The notes under the pieces: generated by a model
The model's database searches: none
What the model was told of the DNA's origin: nothing
What the model saw: the letters and a program-made list of their open reading frames with translations, nothing else
NCBI RefSeq assembly: GCF_001194135.2
Contig: NC_068981.1
Coordinates: 153,363,880-153,399,840, forward strand
Origin: Octopus bimaculoides
Lineage: Eukaryota
Direction: 5' to 3'
DNA: 35,961 bases
Position numbers and translations under genes: made by a program
Shown here: positions 22,855 through 33,456 of the stretch, piece after piece
How the letters are laid out: each line of letters starts with the position of its first letter
Position numbering within the stretch: position 1 is the first letter of the stretch

Positions 22855-22985
22855 AGCTCTTCGAAACGCCGGTGTTAAAACGGGGGTAGCTGATGAAGTA
22901 GAATGTTCTCTATGTGGCTTGTGTGTTTTCTCGTCTACGTTTTGTTTGCAATGTCCTGTACCCAGATATGCACCTATACATACAG
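22855..22985 (+). mobile_element. Probable Penelope-type terminal fragment with hammerhead core motifs in permuted order
   Basis: tcttc-GAAA (22863-22866), near-palindromic acgccggtgt, CTGATGA (22890-22896), then agtaga. A similar organisation occurs at 34320-34365. Confidence 0.35.
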
Positions 22986-23068
22986 GTGGATGTCGGTATG
23001 CACATACCTGTACGTATATATGCATATACTCATTTACTATTTGTTTATATATATATATATATATATAT

Positions 23069-23134
<66 letters not shown>

Positions 23135-23532
23135 TCCTAGTTGATTCTAGTTCATTTAGTCCAGAAATAATTAAAAGGTTACCCGAAGAAAGTATATTTT
23201 ATCAATTCAGACAATGAACTCCAACGGCTGATGGCTGTAATGGCTGTACCTGCTGACCTGTCTGCTTCAGACTTGATTGAAGACAGACATGCCATAAATG
23301 AGTTCGAACAAAGGAATGTACTACCCATCCTTGACATCTGCAGACTGAATAGCAAAATAAGTCTAACATCACACACATCCTCATCCCCATGTAACTACCA
23401 TTCTTTCCTCTCTTTCCATCAGCTTCTATTCCTCCCCACCAAATATACACAGAAATACTCACATACCTCAATCTACCTTCTTACTACTCAATAGTGATAA
23501 ATAACTCTTAGTTAAACATACATTTATGTTAT

Positions 23533-23653
23533 ATCGCCTGAAGAAAGGATACCATGAAGATGCCTACGAATACTACAGACTACACTGTAATCATACCAGA
23601 TAACGGTCTGTAATCTTAAGAGACACCTGATTTGTTGAAACGCGTGTAGCGAT
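23533..23653 (+). ncRNA. Type I hammerhead ribozyme candidate in a Penelope-type terminus
   Basis: Stem I atcgc (23533-23537) pairs with gcgat (23649-23653). Core CTGAAGA 23538-23544, GAAA 23637-23640, 2-bp stem III inside the palindrome ACGCGT, and GUA cleavage triplet 23646-23648. It lies about 120 nt upstream of the PLE RT. Confidence 0.6.
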
Positions 23654-23718
23654 GCATTAAAACATTTATAAATTCCATCCGAGAATTATTGTTATTATTA
23701 CTATATATATACATATAC

Positions 23719-23749
<31 letters not shown>

Positions 23750-23772
23750 CATACATACATACATACATACAT

Positions 23773-25092
23773 CTTTACACCAACATCCCACGTCACTATG
23801 GAATAAAAGCAATTAAATTTTGGTTGGAAAAGTACCCCGAAGTACTTCCGGAACGCATAAATCAGGTCTTTATAATTGAATCTTTAAAAATTATACTTCA
23901 GACACCTACTATCGTCAGGAATGTGGAATTGCGATGGGAACGAAAGTAGCCCCTGTTCTTGCGAACATGATAATGGGTTATTTTGAATTCACCATATATG
24001 AAGTGTCATTTCAAAAATATGGTTGTCCATTTCACCATTGCATAAGAGAAAACTGGTAAAGATAGCTGGATGACTGTTTTATCATTTGGAAGGAGACCAT
24101 TGACAAACTTTTGGACTTCAAATCAACACTAAACGATATAAAAAGTAACATTCAATTCACAATGGAATATAGCAAAGAACAGCTCCCATGTTTGGATTTT
24201 ATGATAAAAAAAAAGTCAAGAACCAAATTATAAACCAACGGACTCGAAACAATATCTCCTTCTTAGCTCGTGCCACCCGAAACACACCAAAATAAATATC
24301 CCCTTCAATTTGGCAAAAAGGATTTGCACAATAGTGTCTGATAGAACTACTCGAGACCTTCGTCTGCAAGACCTCAAAACAACACTCACGGAAAGACAAT
24401 ATCCACCCTCACTTATAGACGATGGAATTAAGAGTGCCAAGAAATTAGACATAAAAACACAAAACATAACACCTCACCTCATCTCCAAACACTAGTGTTT
24501 ATATCAACCCACAAACCTAGAAATAATGAGGCATACAACACTACTGTGCAAAATCTCCCATTACTAACTAGAGACTCAAAAATGAACAATATCCTGAAAT
24601 CGCATAAACTCATCAAATGCAAAAAGCAACATAAATCGCTAAAGCGACTTCTAACAAATGCGAAGCTTTACACAATAACCACGAAACCAACGGTTAAAAA
24701 ATGTGGACACCTAAACTGTGGAACATGCCCCAACCTACTTGAGGGCTCGGATTTCCTTTTCAAACAAGAAGAGAGGTTCACAATTAAAACTAACTCCATT
24801 TGTGCCTCCGAGAACGTAATTTATGTAATAACCTGCTCGGGTTGTGGACATCACTATATAGGACAGGCAAGTATGACATTGAGACAAGAACCACTCTACA
24901 TAAAGAGCAGATCAGATTCCTGCAATACAAATTCCATTAAGTGAACACAGAGAAATGTGCAGGTAGCATCAAACTAAATTTCTCAGTTTTCCCCTTCTAC
25001 CAGTGCAAAGATACAATTTCTTTACAAGAACGTTTAAAGAAATTTTTTTCATCGAAAAATACAGAACACGCATAACCAACTTTGATCTCTAA
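23773..25092 (+). mobile_element. Penelope/Poseidon-like element: RT plus GIY-YIG endonuclease pseudo-ORF
   Basis: LYTNIP (RT motif 3/4), GIAMGTKVAPVLANMIMGYFE (RT motif 5), W*R*LDDCFIIW (YxDD), QFTMEYSKEQLPCLD, KPTDSKQYLLLSSCHPKHTKINIPFNLAKRICTI, then CGHLNCGTC...NVIYVITCSGCGHHYIGQ (GIY-YIG). Several stops and frameshifts. Confidence 0.9.
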
Positions 25093-25663
25093 ACATATTT
25101 CAATTCAAGATTACATACCCATCACTGTACATATTACTCCCCACCACTCTAGTTTTTGAATTTTTGTGTATACATATATTCCCTCCGCCCTGCCGAAAAC
25201 TGAACAATTATCTCCCCTTTCCACAATAATAACGAGAACCAATTNNNNNNNNNNNNNNNNNNNNNNNNNNNNNNNNNNNNNNNNNNNNNNNNNNNNNNNN
25301 NNNNNNNNNNNNNNNNNNNNNNNNNNNNNNNNNNNNNNNNNNNNNNNNNNNNNNNNNNNNNNNNNNNNNNNNNNNNNNNNNNNNNNNNNNNNNNNNNNNN
25401 NNNNNNNNNNNNNNNNNNNNNNNNNNNNNNNNNNNNNNNNNNNNNNNNNNNNNNNNNNNNNNNNNNNNNNNNNNNNNNNNNNNNNNNNNNNNNNNNNNNN
25501 NNNNNNNNNNNNNNNNNNNNNNNNNNNNNNNNNNNNNNNNNNNNNNNNNNNNNNNNNNNNNNNNNNNNNNNNNNNNNNNNNNNNNNNNNNNNNNNNNNNN
25601 NNNNNNNNNNNNNNNNNNNNNNNNNNNNNNNNNNNNNNNNNNNNNNNNNNNNNNNNNNNNNNN

Positions 25664-25695
<32 letters not shown>

Positions 25696-25880
25696 TGTAT
25701 GTGTGTGTGTGTGTGTACGTATGTGTGTGTGTGTCTGTGTTTGTCCCCACCATCGCTGACAACCGATATTGGTGTGTTTACATCCCCGTAACTTAGGAGT
25801 TCGGCAAAAGAGACCGATAGAATAAGTACTAGGCTTACAAAGAATACGTCGTGGGGTCGAATTTTCGACTAAAAGGCGAT
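25664..25880 (+). mobile_element. SINE family B, 3' half (5' part lost in or at the gap)
   Basis: tttgtccccaccatcgctgacaaccgatattggtgtgtttacatccccg...ttcggcaaaagagaccgatagaataagtactaggcttacaaagaa is near-identical to 19030-19170. Confidence 0.85.
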
Positions 25881-26882
25881 GCACCCAAATTTATTCAACC
25901 AAAAGTACTGAATTCATTATTTCACCTTCACATGAGAGTCACAATACCGTGACTACACACACACACAATACATGCAAACGCACACAGACACATACACACG
26001 CACGCTCGGACACATGCAAGCGCACATACGCTCTTATCATTTATAAGTGTAGAGTAGTAGTGCACATCACCTTCGTAGATCCTACAAAATTGGTAAGTCC
26101 AATGGTGATAATGCTCAGCATGAAAATGCTTAGGTGAATGTTTAAAGAAAAAAATAATAAAGTCCTCACAGGAGACGGTTGGATTCCAGAGAATTGTAAT
26201 CCAGAGACTGGAGACCTAAAGAAAACTTTTCGTGGAAACTTCGATCTAGCTAAAGTTAAAACTGCAATGACTCAATTTAAACTTTAACTGTAAACCTGAC
26301 CAAAGTATGTCTAGATTCAGAAGAACATAAAATACCTGCTCCTACAACCTCCACGACGTTTTTATTCTCAGTCTAATTTATGAAATAATCTACATAACAT
26401 CCTACTGAATCAGTAATTCAGCAGTTTAGCTTTCGCGCTTAAGTTAAACATTCACCATCAAGGTTATAATTCCTTTCAGAAATGTTTGATTGATTTGTCC
26501 CGTTTGTTCGATCGTTTGATCGATTTGTCTATCAAACCATTTGAGGTCGCTGTGTTGTCTCTAATGAGGTGTGACTAGTAATTTTTGTAACTTGGGGGAA
26601 GCTGATCTTTCTTCAAGGTGATATATTCCGTGATAAACCTGTCTGTGATATAAAGTCTGTAGCATGGTGATCTATGGAATTTGATATCATTTGTTCTGTT
26701 CATTGATCAATGCTTTTGATGCGTGCTGCTTGTGTCTGTACATATTATTTATGCAGTAGTTTGGCGCTATTTAAGCAATGCCGTTCCATAGGTAGAGCCA
26801 AAACTTTTATGAAACGAAGTAAAAAAGAAAAATTGTTCTGAAATGGAAAGGTCAAGCTTTCAAGTTCACAGAAAATTTTTTT

Positions 26883-26883
<1 letters not shown>

Positions 26884-26951
<68 letters not shown>

Positions 26952-27024
26952 GTTGTTGTTGTTATTGTTGCTATTTTCATCATCATCATCATCATCATCC
27001 TCATCATCATCATCATCATTATTA
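26884..27024. repeat. Compound (AAT)n(GTT)n(CAT)n microsatellite
   Basis: Directly visible; it generates the spurious poly-N/poly-H ORF 26843..27028. Confidence 0.9.
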
Positions 27025-27117
27025 CTGAGTGAGAGAGCAGTACATGCCAACAAGGTAACACTGGGGTAAAATATACGAAGCCCAGTATACCCATCATGAC
27101 TACCCGTCTGATAAGGG

Positions 27118-27183
<66 letters not shown>

Positions 27184-27185
<2 letters not shown>

Positions 27186-27288
27186 GGCGGTGAGTTGGCA
27201 GAATCGTTAGCACACCGGGCAAAATGCTTAGCAGTATTTCGTCCGCCTTTACGTTCTGAGTTCAAATTCTGCCTGGGTCGACTTTGCC
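27184..27288 (+). mobile_element. SINE family A, 5' half, directly after (ATT)n 27119-27183
   Basis: aaggcggtgagttggcagaatcgttagcacaccgggcaaaatgcttagc...gttctgagttcaaattctgcctgggtcgactttgcc. Confidence 0.85.
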
Positions 27289-28001
27289 AAACTTTGAAAT
27301 CATTATTGTTGTTGTTGTTGTTGTTGCTGCTGCTGCTTCTGTTGTTGTTGTTGTTGTTGTTGTTAATGATGATAATGATGACGATGTCGTTGCTGTTGTT
27401 ACCACTGCTGCTAGCTAATGTCAATGTAATGATATTCAGTGTCAAATTTGCCTCCCGTCCTTCTAAAGATGGAAAAGCTGTAAAACATCTGACTTCACGA
27501 AAGCATAGAATTGGTGGAAGGATTAAATTAACTACGTGAAAATACATCTGACTGAAGTGACGGTGATGAGATGATAGAAGCGGTTGACCGTTGAATTAAG
27601 TACCTCGAGGTATTTAATTACATGCTGGGTCCCAGTTCCACTAGAGCTAACATTGCTTGCCTTCCCTTCAGGGTCCATTGAAATTTGTACCAGCAGAAAT
27701 GTACTAGAATTAAAGGATTATTTTATTATATGATTGTGTCGGATGTGGGAGAAATAGATGGTCCTACATATGACAAATATATGCCCTTCCAAACTGATGA
27801 GAACAAGGTGGTGAATGGTCCATTTCTGCTGCTTTTAAATAAAGCATAATAGTCTACCTCTGGTATTTGAGTACTCTTTATTCCACCTTGTTGCACATTT
27901 TATGTGCTTACTCCGGTATATATATTTATATATATATATATATATATATATGCATAAATATATGTATATATACATATATATAAGAGTATGTACATATATA
28001 T

Positions 28002-28195
28002 AAAACGAACCAGTAAATAATGGGTACGGGGGAGAAGACTATGATATAAGCCGTACGAAGCCGCTTATAGTCTTCTGCAACTTCTCAACACTTATTTTAT
28101 TCTTATTTATATTATGTTGCAGAAGGCCATAAGCGGCCTCGTACCTTTTATATCATAGCCCTCTCACCCACACCCTTTATTTATTGGTTCATTTT
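28002..28195. repeat. Long imperfect inverted repeat (foldback or MITE-like), about 80-bp arms and 34-bp spacer
   Basis: Left arm 28002-28081 (aaaacgaaccagtaaataatggg...gccgcttatagtcttctgcaac) versus the reverse complement of 28116-28195 (aaaatgaaccaataaataaaggg...gccgcttatggccttctgcaac); about 80% identity by eye. Confidence 0.85.
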
Positions 28196-28384
28196 CTTCT
28201 TTATTTACATATCCCCTGCAACGGTTTTAACTTTTGCCCTTGGTTCAACTATAATTGACCAATGGTGGTGATGGATAGATTTTGGTCAATTCCATTGCGG
28301 ACAACAGGTGGTGGTCTCGTTGGGGTGCAGCAGCCACGTAGCGTATCTAGGTTGAGAAAGCTTGGCGGAGCCCATTTCTCTCCA

Positions 28385-28672
28385 GGCTAAACTCATTTCA
28401 AGAACACAACAGATCGCCCGGTCCAGGGACCGAAACCGCAATCTTATGGTCGTGGTATTCATTTCTACCGCTGAGTGGACTGCAGCAACGTGAAGTGAAG
28501 TGTTTTGCTCAAGAATACAATGCCCTCAAGAATACAATGCCCTCAAGAATACAATGCCCTCAAGAATACAATGCCCTCAAGAATACAATGCCCTCTCTTG
28601 GTCCAGGAATCGAAACCACAATCTTACGATCGTGAGTCCAACATCCTAACCACTAAGCCACACACCTCCACA
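28385..28672 (-). mobile_element. SINE family C head region, followed on the same strand by a second partial head
   Basis: Reverse complement gtggaggtgtgtggcttagtggttaggatgttggactcacgatcgtaagattgtggtttcgattcctggacc (A and B boxes), then ...ttgagcaaaacacttcacttcacgttgctgcagtccactcagc. A second B-box segment lies at 28385-28445. Confidence 0.8.
28508..28595. repeat. Perfect 17-bp tandem repeat x5 (ctcaagaatacaatgcc) inside SINE C
   Basis: Units start at 28508, 28525, 28542, 28559 and 28576. No spacers. Confidence 0.95.
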
Positions 28673-28999
28673 TAGATATGTACCTAGCTGTATACATACG
28701 CAAACGACATACTGGTATACTTGTATGTAAGTGCATGCTTGCTTATATATGTGCGTGTGTGTGTGTGTGTGTGTGCCTGTGTGTCTGTGTGTGCTCGTGT
28801 GTGTACACATCTATGTACATGTATATGGATTCCAACATGTACATAGTACATAGATAGACGCAGAAGTGTAGGTAGATGGAGAAATAATTTTCTACATAAA
28901 GAAATGCAAAGAAAACTTTTGAGATAAATTCATACAGAAATGTATAATCAGATAGGTACATAGATACATGCATACATTCATACACACACACACACACAT

Positions 29000-29031
<32 letters not shown>

Positions 29032-29068
29032 GGACGTACACACACACACTCATGCATGTATATATGTA

Positions 29069-29123
<55 letters not shown>

Positions 29124-29465
29124 NNNNNNNNNNNNNNNNNNNNNNNNNNNNNNNNNNNNNNNNNNNNNNNNNNNNNNNNNNNNNNNNNNNNNNNNNNNNN
29201 NNNNNNNNNNNNNNNNNNNNNNNNNNNNNNNNNNNNNNNNNNNNNNNNNNNNNNNNNNNNNNNNNNNNNNNNNNNNNNNNNNNNNNNNNNNNNNNNNNNN
29301 NNNNNNNNNNNNNNNNNNNNNNNNNNNNNNNNNNNNNNNNNNNNNNNNNNNNNNNNNNNNNNNNNNNNNNNNNNNNNNNNNNNNNNNNNNNNNNNNNNNN
29401 NNNNNNNNNNNNNNNNNNNNNNNNNNNNNNNNNNNNNNNNNNNNNNNNNNNNNNNNNNNNNNNNN

Positions 29466-29519
<54 letters not shown>

Positions 29520-29520
<1 letters not shown>

Positions 29521-30800
29521 GGTTCTAAGCTTGGTTACGTATGGTTACCATCATTGCCGGTATTTCTATAGAGTCGACTGGATTTTGTTAATCCACAAAG
29601 ACTATGCAGATTCGAACTTATTTTATCAGGTGATTCTTGGCATGTACGAGGTCATGCATGCCAAGAAAACTGCCTCGAATCTCTTCTATTGAATTGTTGC
29701 ATCAATGACGTTAATGTATTTCCTTACATACTCTCGTTGTATTTTTCTTATTTGTTTATCCAACTCTGTTGATTCTGTTTTGTCTCTAGCTGAGTTTCCT
29801 TTTCATTCCTTCATCTGATCCTATGTTTCCTGAAATAATTTGTTGTTGCTTTCACCACGCGTTTCCCTGGAGTCTTCGGTTGTTTCAATAAACTTTCAAT
29901 AACGTTTTGTGTTGCATAGTTATTGCAGTGTTAAGGTCAGCAGAGAAAAAAAAAATCGATTTGACTCTCGACGATCTTGATTGGTTTGTTCTTGGAGTGG
30001 AAAAGCTTCTTTCTTTCTATTTACAAGGTGATTTAGAACTTGCCTCTTACCATTCCATGATCGCTGTCTTTGACCATGATATTCAATTCAATGTGTCGAA
30101 CAATGTCATGTTCGGTATAGTATAATCTGTCTCGTCGAAGGTTTCACACTCTGAAATTCTCGAAGTTCTTTTATATGGTTTCTCCTTTCTCAAGAGAATA
30201 TTGACTATTTTAAAGATTTTTCAGACATTTCTTTCATATTAATGAATATATACTTAGGCAGTGTTCGGTGGGATTTTTTGGGTTTTTCTTTTTTAAATCG
30301 CTTTTAATTTATCTTTACTTTTAGGTCTTCCATTATGATGGTACGTCTCGTCATAGTCGGTATCTTCGTTAATCAATGCATAAAATAACTCAGCACTTCT
30401 TGAGTATTTGCAGATATTGGTGCATATACTTGGAATATTTTAACTTTAAGGTAAGACTGGTGACATGATTTGAAATACCATGAAATTCCTTGACATAGTT
30501 CATAATCTATTCGTTGATCAAAGAAACAAATCCACCGAACTTGTGTTTTTCTCTATGTGTAGTAAAAAAGATGGGTTCATGACTTTATGTTATCGCTGCG
30601 GTAGACCTTCACTGAGATCGAATGCACAACTTCATATTTTTTATTTTGATATTTTGCTAATCATATATGTGCGATATGGTTCTTTTGAGAGTAGACACAT
30701 ATTCCGGACACATACGAAAGTGTTACTTCCGTTATTTAGTTTTTTTAATATTTGTTTCTGTTTTGGTGAATAACCACCACTGCTGAATAACCCCTTCAAT
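29520..30800 (-). mobile_element. Degenerate RTE-clade LINE, APE endonuclease region
   Basis: Minus-strand remnants: GGFVSLINE*IMNYVKEFHGISNHVTSLTLKL (~30450-30550), KIFQVYAPISA (~30410-30445; cf. IIQVYAPTS), TIIMEDLKVKI (~30310-30345; cf. IIMGDFNAKVG), and ETDYTI...DSDHGMVRGKF (~30035-30137; cf. QIDYIL...SDHRMVRAK). Confidence 0.75.
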
Positions 30801-31199
30801 CTTATGCTTTAATTCCGCTTGTCCAATAGGAACAATCGTTAAAGTTCTTGATTTTGGAATCGTATTAGATATTTAGACTACACTGTAAATTGCTAGGCCA
30901 AAGCATAGTGGTGTACGTCAGCTTGGCTCCCCTGGCCTCTTATTCAGTGTAAATGTGGCAGCAATGTTTCCAAGAGATCTACTATTAACCTCTTATGTGA
31001 CATAAGAATAACTGACAGTATGCATTTATACAAACATGCATACATATATACATACATTCAAACATCCATGCTTCCATAAATAAATAGATTCATATTTATA
31101 TTCACCTGGCAGATGGGAACTGAACGCAGAATATGCACAACCGGAAGAGATACCGTAATACATTGCTGAGGCGCCAACTATTCTGATACCTTCCCATCC

Positions 31200-31290
31200 A
31201 CAGAACAACGCAACGCCCAGTCCGGGTATCAAACCCGCGATCTAGTGATCTAGTGTGACATCCTATCCAGTTGGCCACGCACCTTCACAT
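31200..31290 (-). mobile_element. SINE family C head fragment
   Basis: Reverse complement gtgaaggtgcgtggccaactggatagg...gatcgcgggtttgatacccggactgggcgttgcgttgttctg parallels 28600-28672 and 6953-7030. Confidence 0.6.
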
Positions 31291-31368
31291 TCTCAATACA
31301 TATGTAGACTAAAAGTACATTACTACATAGCCTATGAGCTATTTTCCTGAAACACAGGGGCGTAACAG

Positions 31369-31433
<65 letters not shown>

Positions 31434-31434
31434 C

Positions 31435-31907
31435 ATTTCTTTTATTAGCCACACATGGCTCAACGAAGATGGGACAAATACAATGTAGAGCTTTTCTTTT
31501 TGGGAGGGGAAAAAAAAAAAAGTGGTGGTGTCGATCAANNNNNNNNNNNNNNNNNNNNNNNNNNNNNNNNNNNNNNNNNNNNNNNNNNNNNNNNNNNNNN
31601 NNNNNNNNNNNNNNNNNNNNNNNNNNNNNNNNNNNNNNNNNNNNNNNNNNNNNNNNNNNNNNNNNNNNNNNNNNNNNNNNNNNNNNNNNNNNNNNNNNNN
31701 NNNNNNNNNNNNNNNNNNNNNNNNNNNNNNNNNNNNNNNNNNNNNNNNNNNNNNNNNNNNNNNNNNNNNNNNNNNNNNNNNNNNNNNNNNNNNNNNNNNN
31801 NNNNNNNNNNNNNNNNNNNNNNNNNNNNNNNNNNNNNNNNNNNNNNNNNNNNNNNNNNNNTTTTTTTGTTCATAGGGTTATGCTCAAGATGGCTCCGTCG
31901 TTCACAG
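31435..31907 (-). mobile_element. 5'-truncated L1/Tx1-like retrotransposon 3' end spanning a gap, flanked on both sides by (AGAT)n
   Basis: Minus strand: last codons [11 protein letters not shown] (31907-31872; cf. RVDGTSLRVDL* at ~35522-35487), then the gap, then ttgtatttgtccc...tggctAATAAAaagaaat running into (TATC)n. The same 3' motif order occurs at 35200-35255. Confidence 0.5.
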
Positions 31908-31908
31908 A

Positions 31909-32038
<130 letters not shown>

Positions 32039-32929
32039 TACGCGAGCTCAAACGTATATCCAAGCATATAGACATGCATATACACACATACACATGTATA
32101 TTTATCCAGCCATCCTGTCAGCCAACCTCTATACATACATTCATACATACATACATACATACATACATACATACATACATGCGTGCGTACGTAAGTACGT
32201 ACGTACGTACAAACATACGTAAGTATACAGATGTACTGATATAGATATGTAGGTATTCTACAGTTAGTTACATGCATTCTGCAGAACCTATTACAATGCA
32301 TTAATGCAATGTATCTCAGCGTCATTTCCGTATGACCGATTATATATATTTTCTATGTCATAAAAAATTGAATCTATAATTTCTTAAATTTCAGTTACAG
32401 CGTTTTAGCATTGCTGCATGGAAATCGATGTGAATATGTAATTTTTATTGAATAGTAAAATTTCTTTTAAGAATATCGCATTCTTTTTAGTCATGTATGA
32501 TATATTTGAATAAAGCGTATTTCAGTTTTTGTTGTGAATATATTTATACGAACATGCATACATACATGCACGGACACGCATACATATATAGTCATAAACA
32601 TACACACGCATCACAGATGCAGACACGGACACGCGCGTTCACACACACATACATATGTATGTATGAATATATATAAGTATTTATATGTAAATATATATTT
32701 GCACACACGAATATTATACACAGATGTACGCACGCATATACACACATAGGCTCACATATACGTGTATACATATGCATACAAATTGCAGCCTTGGTGTGCA
32801 CCGGTATATATGCTATATATGCATTCATAAATGAATATATATGTAAGGAGACATGGTAAAAATTTGAATGCGTATATACAGTAAAAACTTTTTCTCACAA
32901 CTTTCTCTTACTCTTTCTTCCTGTTTCTG

Positions 32930-33113
32930 TTGTGCCTGTATTTCAAAGGGCCAGCCTTGTTACACTCTGTGTCACACTGAACCACCCCGAGAACTACGTT
33001 AAGGGTACACGTGTCTGTGGAGTGCTCAGCCACTTGCACGTTAATTTCATGAGCAGGCTGTTCCGTTGATCGGATCAACTGGAACCCCCGTCGTCACAAC
33101 CGACGGAGTGCCG
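32930..33113 (+). mobile_element. Well-preserved SINE 3' half (probably family C)
   Basis: GC-richer block gggccagccttgttacactctgtgtcac...gagtgctcagccacttgcacgttaatttcatgagcaggctgttccgttgatcggatcaactggaac...gacggagtgcc ending in (TA)n/(TG)n. The link to family C is recalled from similar molluscan repeats and is not demonstrable within the window. Confidence 0.5.
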
Positions 33114-33152
<39 letters not shown>

Positions 33153-33404
33153 ATGCATGTATGTATATATATATGTATATATATTTATTTATATGTAGAG
33201 AGAGAGAAAGAAAGTGAACGAGAAAGAGAGAGAAAGACATTCTCCTCCCCATAATACCTGATGAGCCGAGAGCCCGACACGAGATGCAGACGAGAGCAGC
33301 GGAATCAAACTCCCTTAAACACCAAATGGGCCAACGGCTGGGACAAAAGCACATACAGGAGTGGTGATGTAAAACGCCCCAGACTGAGAAAATCAGAAAG
33401 ACCT

Positions 33405-33456
33405 TGGTGGTGCTCCGGCATGATCGCAGCCGCATGGCTGAAACGTGTAAAAGAGT
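33405..33456 (+). mobile_element. SINE family B 3'-end fragment
   Basis: ggtggtgctccggcatgatcgcagccgcatggctgaaacgtgtaaaagag aligns to 19168-19216. Confidence 0.6.

Noticed and set aside
26843-27097. Poly-Asn/poly-His and poly-Ile/Met ORFs (also 27182-27547, 34553-34774, 35607-35932)
   Set aside because: These are translations of (AAT)n/(CAT)n/(ATT)n microsatellites and adjoining TE sequence.
27797-27892. CTGATGAG followed by a 13-bp inverted repeat (aacaaggtgg..aat / attccaccttgtt)
   Set aside because: No GAAA at the closing position, and the inverted repeat is short; insufficient to call a ribozyme or MITE.
28508-28595. CRISPR-like direct repeats
   Set aside because: The 17-bp units are contiguous with no spacers, lie inside a SINE in eukaryotic DNA, and no cas genes are present.
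33258-33280. CTGATGA-gcc-gaga-gccc-gaca hammerhead-like string
   Set aside because: GAAA is replaced by GACA, stem II mispairs, and no stem I/III or NUH partner was found.
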